64,000 nt of DNA, taken from Eledone cirrhosa. Its lineage: Eukaryota. The translations under genes and the position numbers were made by a program. Below the pieces are notes generated by a model that worked only from the letters and a program-made list of their open reading frames with translations, made no database searches and had not been told where the DNA came from. The DNA lies in the NCBI GenBank assembly GCA_964016885.1, contig OZ024746.1, forward strand, positions 101,618,001 to 101,682,000, written 5' to 3'. Positions within the stretch are counted from its first letter, which is position 1; each line of letters begins with the position of its first letter. Shown one piece after another: positions 1 to 13,086 of this stretch.

Positions 1-3000
1 TACAGTTGCACTGGTCAACAGTTCTACTGTTCTACAGTTCAACAGTTCTACTGTTCAACAGTTCTACAGTTCAACAGTTCTACAGTTCCACTGTTCTACA
101 GTTCAACAGTTCTACAGTTCTACAGTTCAACAGTTCTACAGTTCTACAGTTCTACTGTTCTACAGTTCTACAGTTCTACAGTTCCACAGTTCCACTGTTC
201 AACAGTTCTACAGTTCAACAGTTCTACAGTTCCACTGTTCAACAGTTCTACAGTTCAACAGTTCTACTGTTCAACAGTTCTACAGTTCAACAGTTCTACA
301 GTTCCATTGTACTACAGTTCTACAGTTCAACAGTTCCACTGTTCAACAGTTCTACAGTTCTACAGTTCAACAGTTCAACAGTTCAACAGTCCTACTGTTC
401 AACAGTTCAACAGTTTTACAGTTCTACTGTTCTACAGTTCAACAGTTCTACAGTTCAACAGTTCTACAGTTCAACAGTTCTACAGTTCCACTATTCTACA
501 GTTCTACAGTTCTACAGTTCTACTGTTCTACAGTTCAACAGTTCCACTGTTCAACAGTTCTACAGTTCCACTGTTCTACAGTTCTACAGTTCTGCAGTTC
601 AACAGTTCTACAGTTCAACAGTTCTACAGTTCTACAGTTCTACAGTTCTACTGTTCTACAGTTCTACAGTTCAACAGTTCTACAGTTCCACTGTTCAACA
701 GTTCTACAGTTCCACTGTTCAACAGTTCTACTGTTCAACAGTTCTACAGTTCAACAGTTCTACAGTTCCACTGTTCTACAGTTCTACAGTTCTGCAGTTC
801 AACAGTTCTACAGTTCAACAGTTCTACAGTTCTACAGTTCCACTGTTCAATAGTTCTACTGTTCTACAGTTCTACAGTTCAACAGTTCTACTGTTCAACA
901 GTTCTACAGTTCAACAGTTCTACAGTTCCACTGTTCTACAGTTCTACAGTTCTGCAGTTCAACATTTCTACAGTTCAACAGTTCTACAGTTCTACAGTTC
1001 CACTGTTCAACAGTTCTACTGTTCTACAGTTCTACAGTTCAACAGTTCTACTGTTCAACAGTTCTACAGTTCAACAGTTCTACAGTTCTACAGTTCTACT
1101 GTTCTACAGTTCTACAGTTCTACAGTTCTACTGTTCAACAGTTCTACAGTTCAACAGTTCTACAGTTCCACTGTTCAACAGTTCAACAGTTCTACTGTTC
1201 AACAGTTCTACAGTTCAACAGTTCTACAGTTCCACTGTTCTACAGTTCTACAGTTCTGCAGTTCAACAGTTCTACAGTTCAACAGTTCTACAGTTCTACA
1301 GTTCCACTGTTCAACAGTTCTACTGTTCTACAGTTCTACAGTTCAACAGTTCTACTGTTCAACAGTTCTACAGTTCAACAGTTCTACAGTTCCACTGTTC
1401 TACAGTTCTACAGTTCTGCAGTTCAACAGTTCTACAGTTCAACAGTTCTACAGTTCTACAGTTCCACTGTTCAACAGTTCTATTGTTCTACAGTTCTACA
1501 GTTCAACAGTTCTACTGTTCAACAGTTCTACAGTTCAACAGTTCTACAGTTCCACTGTTCTACAGTTCTACAGTTCAACAATTCTACAGTTCAACAGTTC
1601 TACAGTTTTACAGTTCCACTGTTCAACAGTTCTACTGTTCTACAGTTCTACAGTTCTGCAGTTCAACAGTTCTACAGTTCAACAGTTCTACAGTTCTACA
1701 GTTCCACTGTTCAACAGTTCTACTGTTCTACAGTTCAACAGTTCTACTGTTCAACAGTTCTACAGTTCAACAGTTCTACAGTTCTACAGTTCTACAGTTC
1801 TACTGTTCTACAGTTCTACAGTTCAACAGTTCTACTGTTAAACATTTCAACAGTTCAACAGTTCAACAGTTCAACAGTTCTACTTTTCAACAGTTTTACA
1901 GTTCAACAGTTCTTCAATTCCACTGTTCAACAGTTCTACAGTTCAACAGTTCTACAGTTCCACTGTTCAACAGTTCTACAGTTCAACAGTTCTACTGTTC
2001 AACAGTTCTACAGTTCAACAGTTCCACTGTTCTACAGTTCTACAGTTCTACAGTTCTACAGTTCTACAGTTCAACAGTTCCACTGTTCAACAGTTCTACA
2101 GTTCTACAGTTCAACAGTTCTACTGTTCTACTGTTCAACAGTCCTATTGTTCAACAGTTCAACAGTTCTACAGTTCTACTGTTCTACAGTTCAACATTTC
2201 TACTGTCCAACAGTTCTACAGTTCCACTGTTCTACAGTTCTACAGTTCTACAGTTCTACTGTTCTACAGTTCTACTGTTCAACAGTTCTACAGTTCAACA
2301 GTTCTACTGTTCAACAGTTCTACTGTTCTACAGTTCTACAGTTCAACAGTCCTACTGTTCAACGGTTCTACAGTTCAACAGTTCTACAGTTCTACAGTTA
2401 TACTGTTCTACAGTTCTACAGTTCAACATTTCTACAGTTCTACAGTTCTACAGTTCTACTGTTCTACAGTTCTACAGTTCCACTGTTCAACAGTTCTACA
2501 GTTCCATTGTTCTACAGTTTTACAGTTCTACAGTTTAACAGTTCTACAGTTCAACAGTTCTACAGTTCTACAGTTCTACTGTTCAACAGTTCTACTGTTC
2601 TACAGTTCTACAGTTCAACAGTCCTACTGTTCAACGGTTCTACAGTTCAACAGTTCTACAGTTCTACAGTTATACTGTTCTACAGTTCAACATTTCTACA
2701 GTTCTACAGTTCTACTGTTCTACAGTTCAACATTTCTACAGTTCTACAGTTCTACTGTTCTACAGTTCTACAGTTCAACAGTTCTACTGTTCAACAGTTC
2801 TACAGTTCAACAGTTCAACAGTTCTAGAGTTTAACAGTTCTACAGTTCTTCAGTTCAACAGTTCTACAGTTCTACAGTTCTACTGTTCTACAGTTCTACA
2901 GTTCAACAGTTCTACTGTTCAACAGTTCTACAGTTCAACAGTTCTACAGTTCCACTGTTCAACAGTTCAACAGTTCAACAGTTCAACAGTTCAACAGTCC

Positions 3001-4918
3001 TACTGTTCAACAGTTCTACAGTTCAACAGTTCTACAGTTCCACTGTTCAACAGTTCTACAGTTCAACAGTTCTACTGTTCAACAGTTCTACAGTTCCACT
3101 GTTCTACAGTTCTACAGTTCAACAGTTCCACTGTTCAACAGTTCTACAGTTCAACAGTTCAACTGTTCAACAGTTCTACTGTTCAACAGTCCTATTGTTC
3201 AACAGTTCAACAGTTCTACAGTTCTACTGTTCTACAGTTCAACAGTTCTACTGTTCAACAGTTCTACAGTTCAACATTTCTACAGTTCCACTGTTCTACA
3301 GTTCTACAGTTCTACAGTTCTACTGTTCTACAGTTCTACTGTTCAACAGTTCTACAGTTCTACAGTTCCACTGTTCTACAGTTCTACAGTTCAACAGTTC
3401 CACTGTTCAACAGTTCTACAGTTCAACAGTTCAACAGTTCAACTGTTCAACAGTTCTACTGTTCAACAGTCCTATTGTTCAACAGTTCAACAGTTCTACA
3501 GTTCTACTGTTCTACAGTTCAACAGTTCTACTGTTCAACAGTTCTACAGTTCAACAGTTCTACAGTTCCACTGTTCTACAGTTCTACAGTTCTACAGTTC
3601 TACAGTTCTACTGTTCAACAGTTCTACTGTTCTACAGTTCTACAGTTCAACAGTCCTACTGTTCAACAGTTCTACAGTTCAACAGTTCTACAGTTCTACA
3701 GTTCTACAGTTCAACAGTTCAACAGTTCTGCTGTTCAACAGTTCTACAGTTCAACAGTTCTACAGTTCTACAGTTCTACTGTTCTACAGTTCTACAGTTC
3801 AACAGTTCTACTGTTCAACAGTTCTACAGTTCAACAGTTCCACTGTTCAACAGTTCTACAGTTCAACAGTTCCACTGTTCAACAGTTCTACAGTTCAACA
3901 GTTCCACTGTTCAACAGTTCTACAGTTCAACAGTTCCACTGTTCAACAGTTCAACAGTTCTACAGTTCAACAGTTCAACAGTTCTACAGTTCAACAGTTC
4001 TACAGTTCAACAGTTCCACTGTTCAACAGTTCTACAGTTCTTCAGTTCCACAGTTCAACTATTCAACAGTTCAACAGTTCTACAGTTCTTCAGTTCCACA
4101 GTTCAACAGTTCCACTGTTTTACAGTTCAACAGTTCCATCTTTCAACAGTTCTACAGTTCAACAGTTCAACAGTTCTTCAGTTCTACAGTTCTACAGTTC
4201 TACAGTTCCACTGTTCAACAGTTCAACAGTTCTACAGTTCAACAGTTCAACAGTTCAACAGTTCAACAGTTCAACAGTTCAACAGTTCTTCAGTTCCACT
4301 GTTCAACAGTTCAACAGTTCTACAGTTCAACAGTTCAACAGTTCAACAGTTCAACAGTTCTACAGTTCAACAGTTCTACAGTTCAACAGTTCAACAGTTC
4401 AACAGTTCAACAGTTCAACAGTTCAACAGTTCAACAGTTCTACAGTTCTTCAGTTCCACTGTTCAACAGTTCTACAGTTCAACAGTTCCACTGTTCAACA
4501 GTTCTACAGTTCTTCAGTTCCACTGTTCAACAGTTCTACAGTTCAACAGTTCCACTGTTCAACAGTTCAACAGTTCTACAGTTCAACAGTTCTACAGTTC
4601 AACAGTTCAACAGTTCAACAGTTCTACAGTTCTTCAGTTCTACAGTTCTACAGTTCTACAGTTCAACAGTTCAACAGTTCCACTGTTCAACAGTTCTACA
4701 GTTCAACAGTTCCACTGTTCAACAGTTCTATAGTTCAACAGTTCCACTGTTCAACAGTTCAACAGTTCTACAGTTCAACAGTTCTACAGTTCTACAGTTC
4801 TACAGTTCAACAGTTCTACAGTTCTAGAGTTCAACACTTCTACAGTTCTTCAGTTCCACTATTCAACAGTTCTTTTGTTCAACAGTTCTATACCTAAACA
4901 GTTCTACAGTTCAACAGT
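1..4918. repeat. 8-bp tandem satellite (ACAGTTCT/ACAGTTCA/ACTGTTCA/ACAGTTCC variants), about 4.9 kb, probably continuing past the left window edge
   Basis: Continuous 8-mer repeat seen directly. It lacks + strand stops, which explains the long 'SSTVLQFY' ORFs. Confidence 0.98.
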
Positions 4919-5029
4919 TAATTGTAGTTCATTGTGTCAAAATAGAAATTTATAATTCTCTGTTCCTTGTTCAATTACCTACTCATATAAGTTAAGGAAA
5001 TAAACAGGACACGACAATGGTGTCACTGA

Positions 5030-5845
5030 TATGCATGGTAGCAAAAAGAGTTTTAGCATAATTAATTAAGGAAAGAATCAAATTAGATGAGATGCAGTTT
5101 GGTTTTAATGGTTTTATGCCAGGAATGATCACCACTGATGCCTTCAGTGAAACAACTACGAGACGTTCCTAGCTAAGTGTAAGCTGCTATATTTAACTTT
5201 TGTTGTTTAGGAGACGACTTTTGACAGAGTACCACTCCTGTTTAATAATTATAGTTCTCCAGGAGGCCATAACAGAAGAATTTAAGATTAACTGTACTGT
5301 AGATGAATGTGTGTAAGATCTAGAGCAAAAATTCCATTTGAAGAACAAAACTTAGACTCAAAAAGACTCAAGAGTAAGCTTAGCAAAGAACAATGTTTTA
5401 GCAAGCAGGAAAGAGGATAAGACCCTAATTACTATCTAAAAAGTAGCCATGATCGATATGGAGAAAAAGAGTAGATAGGAATTCTATACGGTGTATTCAA
5501 TGTAAAATATACATACACAAGACGTTTATTGGGATTGCAGTCATGCTAACAAAAAATGTAACTTTTGTATGTGGCAAATACACGGAGATAGTTGAAAGTA
5601 AGAACTCCAGTAAAATAAACATTTTCCAATCCTGTGTAAACTAAGTAGTTGTAGAGGAGGTTGCTCTGAAAGTTTAAAAACGTTCAGTGAGCTACTACCT
5701 GTTTTGGTAAGAAAGGGATTTTCTCCTCGAGGAAAGGATAGATAGTAGGATGCCTGCATGTAAAGTGTGATGGTGCACATTAGTGAGACAAGCACAGTGA
5801 GTGTAAGGGAGATATAAAAGCTAGAGAGAGTCAAACAAAACATGT
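5030..5845 (+). mobile_element. Highly degenerate RTE-clade LINE RT fragment
   Basis: Remnants LDEMQFGF (about 5082), TTDA, QEAITEEFK and KTMF are collinear with the better-preserved RTE at 43519-46945. Many stops and frameshifts. Confidence 0.75.
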
Positions 5846-6363
5846 TTCAGTTTTTAATTTAAAGGAAAAAATCTTTTGGCAGATGGAATTATGAATGCAG
5901 CAGATTTGAATTTTTTTAGCTCAACAAATGATAAAAATAAAAAAATAAATGAGAAAGAAACTGTAGCTGATAAAGATTGGTTAGCATCTAAGTTTCAAAT
6001 CAGATGCCGCAGAACTGTGTCAGTGACCAGATCGCAATGAGTGCAATGAAGAATTTGACACCATGAAGTACATGAGAAATATGAAGTGAATTTAACAGTT
6101 TTGGGTGAGTGTAAGGGGAGAAATGGCGAGCAGCAGTAGTGATTTCATACTCATAGACACATACATAGACGCATGTGTTGTCTGTACGGATAGGCATCGA
6201 TCTACAGTAATTATAGAGCTGAATACTTGATGAATACTTGTGCAAATATAAAGAATTCATATGAATACAGGGAAACAGATATATGTGTGCAATTAGTGCA
6301 ATTAGATATATGTGTGCAATGAGTGTGTGTGTATATATATGTATATATAGATATATACACACA

Positions 6364-6602
6364 CATGGAGGATGACCGCTGGGTAAAGAAGTGCCAAGAA
6401 ATCCCAGTAGAAGGAAGACACAGGAGAGGTAGACCATGTAAACATGGGCGGAGGTGGTGAAAGCAGACCTCAGATCGCTGAAACTCACCGAGGAGATGAC
6501 GAAGGACCGTGACAAGTGGAGAGATGCTGTGCTGAATAGGACCCGTCCAACCCTTGCAAGCAGGGAAAAGCGGACGTAAAATGATGATGATGATGATGAT
6601 GA
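6364..6602 (+). mobile_element. RTE LINE 3' end with (GAT)n tail
   Basis: MEDDRWVKKCQEIPVEGRHRRGRP...KWRDAVL followed by CGGACGTAAAATGATGATGAT, the same terminus as the other RTE copies in the window. Confidence 0.9.
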
Positions 6603-7419
6603 CACACACACACACAAATGTACACATGCATGTATATGTACATAAATATATATATGCATATATACACATATATATTTTACATTTATCACTATATATATAA
6701 ACATATATATAAATATTGACAAACACTCTGGGCAAATTTGAACATTTTAAATCTATATGCCTTTCCTAAGAAAGGCTTTCACAATACATATATTAACTAT
6801 GAATTAGATGAATAATTTGTGCAACAGATGCTAGTGTTGTACAAATGGATGACAATTGGTCATCAAGGCACAGCATAGCTTAGTGGGGCTATTTGCTTGC
6901 AAATCAATCAAATATTATTATTATTATTCAATATAACCCAAACGTATAAATGTATATATAACTGTGTGTGTGTGTGTGTATGGATGCATATTTACATTTA
7001 TGTATCTGCTATGCTAGAGCGAGAAATAAAATTCTAATTTTATTTATTTATATATGTGGTGGGGGAATCAGAATTATTCTAGGTTATCTCCAATGATTTT
7101 TAAAAACCAGAATTAGTCATTTAGTTTACATATTAAAATTCCAAACCATCCTATTTATTTTATCACATAGGATTTCTAGTAATGTAGTAGAGATAGGTTA
7201 GCAAAATTTAATAAGTGGGGTGGTTGGAAAAAAATCTGAAAAATTAATAAGTGTGGGGGGGACATTTATATCAGGATCCAAGAGTATTTAACTGTCACTA
7301 ATAAATCCTTAATATGGTTAAAATAAGCTAACATGCCAAATCCTTGTTTTCCAAGTTTGGGCCACTATAGCACTTACCATCATAATACACATTCCTGTGA
7401 CTGGTTCCACAGTCAAGAG

Positions 7420-8150
7420 GACAACTTGGAGGTTCAATATGCAATAAAGTTTTGTGTCAAGCTCGGCAAAAACCCTGTAGAAACCTGCTTATGGACTAAC
7501 AGAACCAGGAAACTGTTTTCCACTGACAAAAGAGGTTCCAAGAAGGCAAGGAGCAGGTAAGGGATGATAAGAAGTGTGGCAGGGGGAGGGACATCAGGAT
7601 GCCAAAGTTGGTCAAAAACTTCACAAATTTCTGGATGAGGACCGTCGTGCATCTCTTCTGATGATTGCTAAACAATTTGAAGTGGCTGAGGGCATTGTGC
7701 ACAGAGTCATTCATGATGATCTGAACATGTGCAAAGTTTGTTCCCAGGGTGTTCAATGAAGATCAAAGGCAGAGGTGTGTTGATGACAGCAGGGAGATGG
7801 TCAAGTGGATCACTTTAAATCCAAGTGTCCTTGAGTCTCTGGTAACCTGTGATGAGAGCTGAGTCTACTGTTATGATCCAGAGACCAAGAGACAGAGTGT
7901 ACAGTGGAACCATTCTGACTCTCCAAGACCCAAGAAGGCCAGGCAAAACAGGTTCACTGGGAAGCTCATGATGGTCCCATTCTTTGACAACAACGGCATC
8001 ATCTATATCCACTGGGTCACACATGGCCAGACAGTCAACAAAGAGTACTATGTAGAGGTTTTGAGGCAGTTCAGAAATAGATTTTGTCACAAGAGTTCAG
8101 AACTCTTCAAGTCTGGTCAGTGGCACCTGCTGTAAATCCATCCTGGTAAC
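7420..8150 (+). mobile_element. mariner (Tc1/mariner) transposase remnant
   Basis: YAIKFCVKLGKNPVET (HTH), DEDRRASLLMIA...IHDDLNMCKVC, LVTCDES*VYCYDPETKRQSVQW, SPRPKKAR, GQTVNKEYYVEVL. Frameshifted. Confidence 0.9.
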
Positions 8151-8182
8151 CAACTAGTATTTTTTTTTTCTTGTCACATCAC

Positions 8183-8253
8183 CTGTCTGAAGAACAGATC
8201 GATAACTTCTATGGGTGATCCTGAGCCAATCCTCTATGAAATGTGCATAACAG
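8183..8253 (+). ncRNA. Type I hammerhead ribozyme-like motif (PLE-type, degenerate stem II)
   Basis: CTGT-CTGAAGA-[stem II ACAGA...TCTAT]-GAAA-TGTGCA-TA-ACAG. Stem I is CTGT/ACAG and stem III is near-palindromic. Confidence 0.55.
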
Positions 8254-9181
8254 ATTGATACACAACCTAGTAACATGTAAACGAAACTTCGTTTTTTTTA
8301 ATATATATATTCTGCCTGTACATAGAGTGCTTGTTTTGGTATCGCCACCAGTAAATCACTGAATCACCTACACTAAGTATATATATATATATATACTTAT
8401 TAATTCTGGCAATATTACACAAATATGACCCTCCCAAGTATAACAATATATATATATATATAAAATGTAAACAGAAATAACAACACAATCAGTACAGTAT
8501 ATGGAAGGAATATATTACGTTAACGCATGTATATTTACATATCTATATATATATATGCCAATCTTATACATACATAGTAGATAGCAGTGACAAGAATACA
8601 AAATCTCGATAAGGAGCAATAATTCTGAAACAATTGTCGATTGTTTTCTAATAGCTACCGCTAGAATAAAAGGATGATGTTGTCATCTACCACATAGTGT
8701 TTTGAGGTTGTATAATTGCAAACAAACCGAATATTAATATTATAATATTATTATTTACTCATGAATACATATATATATATATACCTGTTAGTTCTTTCGT
8801 TGTTTTGGTATTGTGTGGTTGGGTTTTGCCTACCGCAATGTTCAATTTGTCAAGCTATTTAAACGTAAGGACCTACCATTATTGAGTGCTTTGCTACTCA
8901 TTCCTAATTGTAGGTCGACTTTGCTTGGCCACAGCCAAAGCTTCGATTTTACTAAGCTTCCACTTGTATATATATATAGTAATAATAATAAATTTGAAGA
9001 CTAATTTTTTTTGTATACGTGCATGTATTTGTATACCTATGGCGAGTGTTTTCGCGTATGCTTGTGTATGTATGTATATGGATGCGTGTATGTATTTATT
9101 TAATTTCAATAACCTCTGTATTTTATTTACTTTATTCTTAACTCTGAAGCCGAGAATCATTCGGTTTCCTAGTTAGAATTT

Positions 9182-9450
9182 TAGTCTACGACTTCAGTTA
9201 TACCATTTAGGTGGTTTTGTCTTTGCGTGCAATTGTTCTCCCCGCTCCACATATGACGTATTATCTTCGTTTTTTCCGTTCATTGCCAGAGAACGTCTCT
9301 ATGAACCACCTAAGAGAACATTAGTCTACGACCTCTTTTATACCATAAACATGGTTTTGTCTTTGCATGTAATTGGTTTTCACCGCTCCAAATAATGGCG
9401 TATTATCTTCGTTTTTTGCCGTTCTTTGCCAGGGAACGTTTCCGCGAACC
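9182..9450. repeat. Diverged tandem duplication, period about 139 bp
   Basis: TTAGTCTACGAC...GGTTTTGTCTTTGC...CGTATTATCTTCGTTTTTT...TGCCAG occurs at 9182 and 9321. Confidence 0.85.
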
Positions 9451-9513
9451 AAAGTATCGTCTTCTTGTCTTCCTCCGGTTGCAACGTTTTTTGAAATATT
9501 CACTTCTGCGTTC

Positions 9514-9589
9514 ACAGATTGACTTTGTTAGTTTCAGAAGATCCCGTTAAGGGTGAAAGCAGCGATTCTTTGCTTAAACTTTAATCTGT
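9514..9589 (+). ncRNA. Type I hammerhead ribozyme-like motif with variant core CAGAAGA
   Basis: Stem Ib ACAGATTGA/TTAATCTGT, 7-nt bulge, stem Ia AGTTT/AAACT, CAGAAGA, stem II CCC-GTTAA-GGG, GAAA, stem III GCA...TGC, then TT. Further copies at 22428-22560. Confidence 0.55.
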
Positions 9590-9658
9590 TATTTTAATAA
9601 ATATATATATATACACACACAAGGATGACTGGTTAAGCCTTCATTATGTTTATTGGTT

Positions 9659-9743
9659 GGTGACACACATTTCGCTATTGATCAGCTCAAGGTTCGATCT
9701 GTATCAATCTGGCCCGACTCTGGAATCAAAAGGTCGTCGGACC
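9659..9743 (-). ncRNA. Hammerhead-like motif (CCGACGA core variant)
   Basis: Minus strand reads GGT-CCGACGA-CCTTTTGAT...ATCAATAGC-GAAA-TGTGTG-TC-ACC, followed by AATAAA. Stem I is only 3 bp. Confidence 0.4.
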
Positions 9744-9820
9744 TCTGCTGTAGTAAATGACACAGATATATATATATATATATGTGTGTATATATATGTA
9801 TATATGTTTATATATATATG

Positions 9821-9853
<33 letters not shown>

Positions 9854-10333
9854 GTCTATAGATATGTACGAATGAACGTATGTACAAACATACACACACA
9901 CGTTCATACATACATACAACTTTGATAGGTTTCGGCCAGTATTGACCCGGGCCATGTCTAACTTAATACCACCACCTGGCAATATATATATTATAAGCTT
10001 TATATATATATATCTACAAAATACTATGTTTCTCAAATGATATACATATATATTTTATTTTTAATTATATATACACATATATATTCCTTTATTTGAAGCT
10101 GAGACTGTCTAGAATTTTGAATTTCAAACACACACACACAAAAGACAGAGACACACAAACACATACATACACTGCACACCATAACAATGCACATACATTT
10201 GTTCCTGGAGATGAGTATGTACAGCAATGGGGAAGAGAAAAGAAGATATGTCAGAACATCCCGACCGCCACACTGTAAATTAATTCATATAAGACAGAAA
10301 TAAAGAACAAAATGATTATTTTAAAACACTTAC

Positions 10334-10501
10334 CAGGAAATATGAAGATCCCAGATTGCAATATTTTGTAATCCAAATCTTTTAATCCTTTTGGGGGGTT
10401 CAAATGCCGCCGACTATATGAAGAGATAGAATGTGTACTGGATGGAGTTGACAAACTCTCACCCTCGCCAAGTGCCATTTCATCCAATAAAGACAGAGAT
10501 C
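10334..10501 (-). CDS. PLEKHG4B-like: Internal coding exon of a PLEKHG4B/ARHGEF40-like RhoGEF, ending at the start of the Sec14/CRAL-TRIO-like region
   Basis: Acceptor catctttttaattcctcag| and donor CCTG|gtaagt; 168 nt, phase 1-1. Encodes ...LDYKILQSGIFIFPG, which resembles the LLxSGxxxLxG motif I recall from PLEKHG4/ARHGEF40. Phase matches the 13087 donor. Confidence 0.75.
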
Positions 10502-11780
10502 CTGAGGAATTAAAAAGATGAAGATGACCACAGTTGGTTCTACCCTGCGACATCACAGCAGTCTTTCAACACAAATATTTCAACAAATTTTGTCACACAT
10601 TACAAACTTTATCGATAACCCATTTAAAATATAATATGTAAGTTTGTTTTGCTTTTGTGCTGTTGGTTAGAGAATTGATTATTGTTTATTTATATAGTTT
10701 TGTTACATATTTCTTTTATTTGTCTATCCAACTATCTGTCCGGCATTGCTAAGTGGAACAGCTTAGATTAGTCGAAAAAGCTGAGTTTGTCAATTATTTG
10801 TGAAAAAGAAATGGAGAGGAGCCAGAATTTACATGTACATGTATGTATGGCATTCTTAAGAGAAGGAAACTTAGGGTAAGCAAAGAAATATCCTGGGTGA
10901 TTGCTGTGTATGTGTGTAAGTTGTCTCCACTTACAGTCTAGTGGTAAGTGTAACACATCACTACACTCCCACTACCACAGGAATACAAGAATCATTTCAA
11001 CATATATCACTGCTAAACTGACTGCCCCCTTACATAGGTTGGAGATAGTAAAACTGTGTAGCATACACATACACACACATATAAAAAGTTGATTACCAGC
11101 TGGGCTCGCTTCCTCTATCAGTGGATAGAGGTGAACTAGGTAGAAAGCAACTGAGTAGAAAAGAAATTCCTCATATTGGATGCTTACTTACAATCCAACT
11201 AACTATAGCATATAGACAGTTAAAGCTTGGCTGGATATAGAAACAGAGAGAATAGTAGAAGGCTGTAATTAGTAATTACAGTCACACAACTGATGTAATT
11301 AGTAATTACAGTCACACAACTGATGTAATCGTTGATAAAGAGAAAGTTAAAAGTATACACAGTAATCAACTATTTAACTTTTTTTCTAGATTTTTTCTTA
11401 ATTGCTTAATAAATTAGATGTGTATAAAAAGAAAAAATATAAATAGCAAGTTTTCATTGAAAATCATATTGTCAGCTAAGAATGAAATTCTAAGAGAAAA
11501 TATTTATTTCATTCAGAAAAATTATTTCAATGATTGTTTTTCTTATTGTTTTATGTTTCTTTCTAAAAAAAACAATAATGAATATTCAGTAATAATTCAT
11601 TTACTTCAAAGAGCTTTTAAATGCCTTTCAAGAATGTCCAGTTGAATTTGAAGAGTAAGGTATTTGATCACAATTAAATTACATAAAAAACAGTTGTAGA
11701 CAAAATTGATTTTAGTTTTTTAAATGAAAGAGTAGTAATACTAAACTGGTGGGAGATAAAGTAAAATATATCATAATATA

Positions 11781-12928
11781 GCTGATTTGTTGCTAGTAAG
11801 GGCCATCTCTAGCTGACTTGTTGCTAGTAAGGGCCATCTCTAGCTGACTTGTTGGTAGTAAGGGACATCTCTAGCTGACTGGTTGCTAGTAAGGGCCATC
11901 TCTAGCTGACTTGTTGCTAGTAAGGGCCATCTCTAGCTGACTTGTTGCTAGTAAGGGCCATCTCTAGCTGACTTGTTGCTAGTAAGGGCCATCTCCAACT
12001 GACTTGTTGGTAGTAAGAGCCATCTCTAGCTGACTTGTTGCTAGTAAGGGCCGTCTCTAGCTGACTTGTTGGTAGTAAGGGCCATCTCTAGCTGACTTGT
12101 TGCTAGTAAGGGCCATCTCTAGCTGACTTGTTGCTAGTAAGGGCCATCTCCAACTGACTTGTTGCTAGTAAGGGCCATCTCTAGCTGACTTGTTGCTAGT
12201 AAGGGCCTTCTCTAGCTGACTTGTTGCTAGTAAGGGCCATCTCCAACTGACTTGTTGCTAGTAAGGGCCATCTCCAACTGACTTGTTGCTAGTAAGGGCC
12301 ATCTCTAGCTGACTTGTTGCTAGTAAGGGCCATCTCTAGCTGACTTGTTGCTAGTAAGGGCCATCTCCAACTGACTTGTTGCTAGTAAGGGCCTTCTCTA
12401 GCTGACTTGTTGCTAGTAAGGGCCATCTCCAACTGACTTGTTGCTAGTAAGGGCCATCCGCAACTGACTTGTTGCTAGTAAGGGCCATCTCTAGCTGACT
12501 TGTTGCTAGTAAGGGCCATCTCCAACTGACTTGTTGCTAGTAAGGGCCATCTCCAACTGACTTGTTGCTAGTAAGGGCCATCTCTAGCTGACTTGTTGCT
12601 AGTAAGGGCCATCTCCAACTGACTTGTTGCTAGTAAGGGCCATCTCTAGCTGACTTGTTGCTAGTAAGGGCCATCTCTAGCTGACTTGTTGCTAGTAAGG
12701 GCCGTCTCTAGCTGACTTGTTGCTAGTAAGGGCCATCTCCAACTGACTTGTTGCTAGTAAGGGCCTTCTCTAGCTGACTTGTTGCTAGTAAGGGCCATCT
12801 CCAACTGACTTGTTGCTAGTAAGGGCCATCCGCAACTGACTTGTTGCTAGTAAGGGCCATCTCTAGCTGACTTGTTGCTAGTAAGGGCCATCTTCAGCTG
12901 ATCTGTTGGTAGTAAGGGACATCTCCAG
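11781..12928. repeat. 31-bp minisatellite (GCTGACTTGTTGCTAGTAAGGGCCATCTCTA), about 37 copies
   Basis: Direct tandem repeat with CTCTAG/CTCCAA variants. Confidence 0.97.
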
Positions 12929-13086
12929 TTCAAAAAGCAGTTTTATGTATTTAAATTATGGCAACAACTTGTCTAAAGGATATTTAATAATTTTCAGAAT
13001 AAAACCAAAGAAAATAGCGTCATTGGAAAGAAAAAGAATAATTTATGTAAATTTATGAAGAGATTAAAATATAATTGAAAATATAC

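Noticed and set aside
6-4827. Long + strand ORFs (up to 743 aa, SSTVLQFY repeats)
   Set aside because: Translation of a stop-free 8-bp satellite in all frames; no splice signals or unique coding context.
5990-6210. Next downstream RhoGEF exon
   Set aside because: The phase-1 frame after the apparent acceptor hits a stop and lacks the expected G.RD..G motif.
8602-8642. Functional hammerhead
   Set aside because: Layout fits (AATC..GAAA-CAATTG-TC-GATT) but the core reads TCGATAA; counted only as a decayed relic.
11781-12928. CRISPR-like ~30-bp periodicity (also the 30- and 33-bp arrays)
   Set aside because: No unique spacers, no cas genes, and a eukaryotic context.
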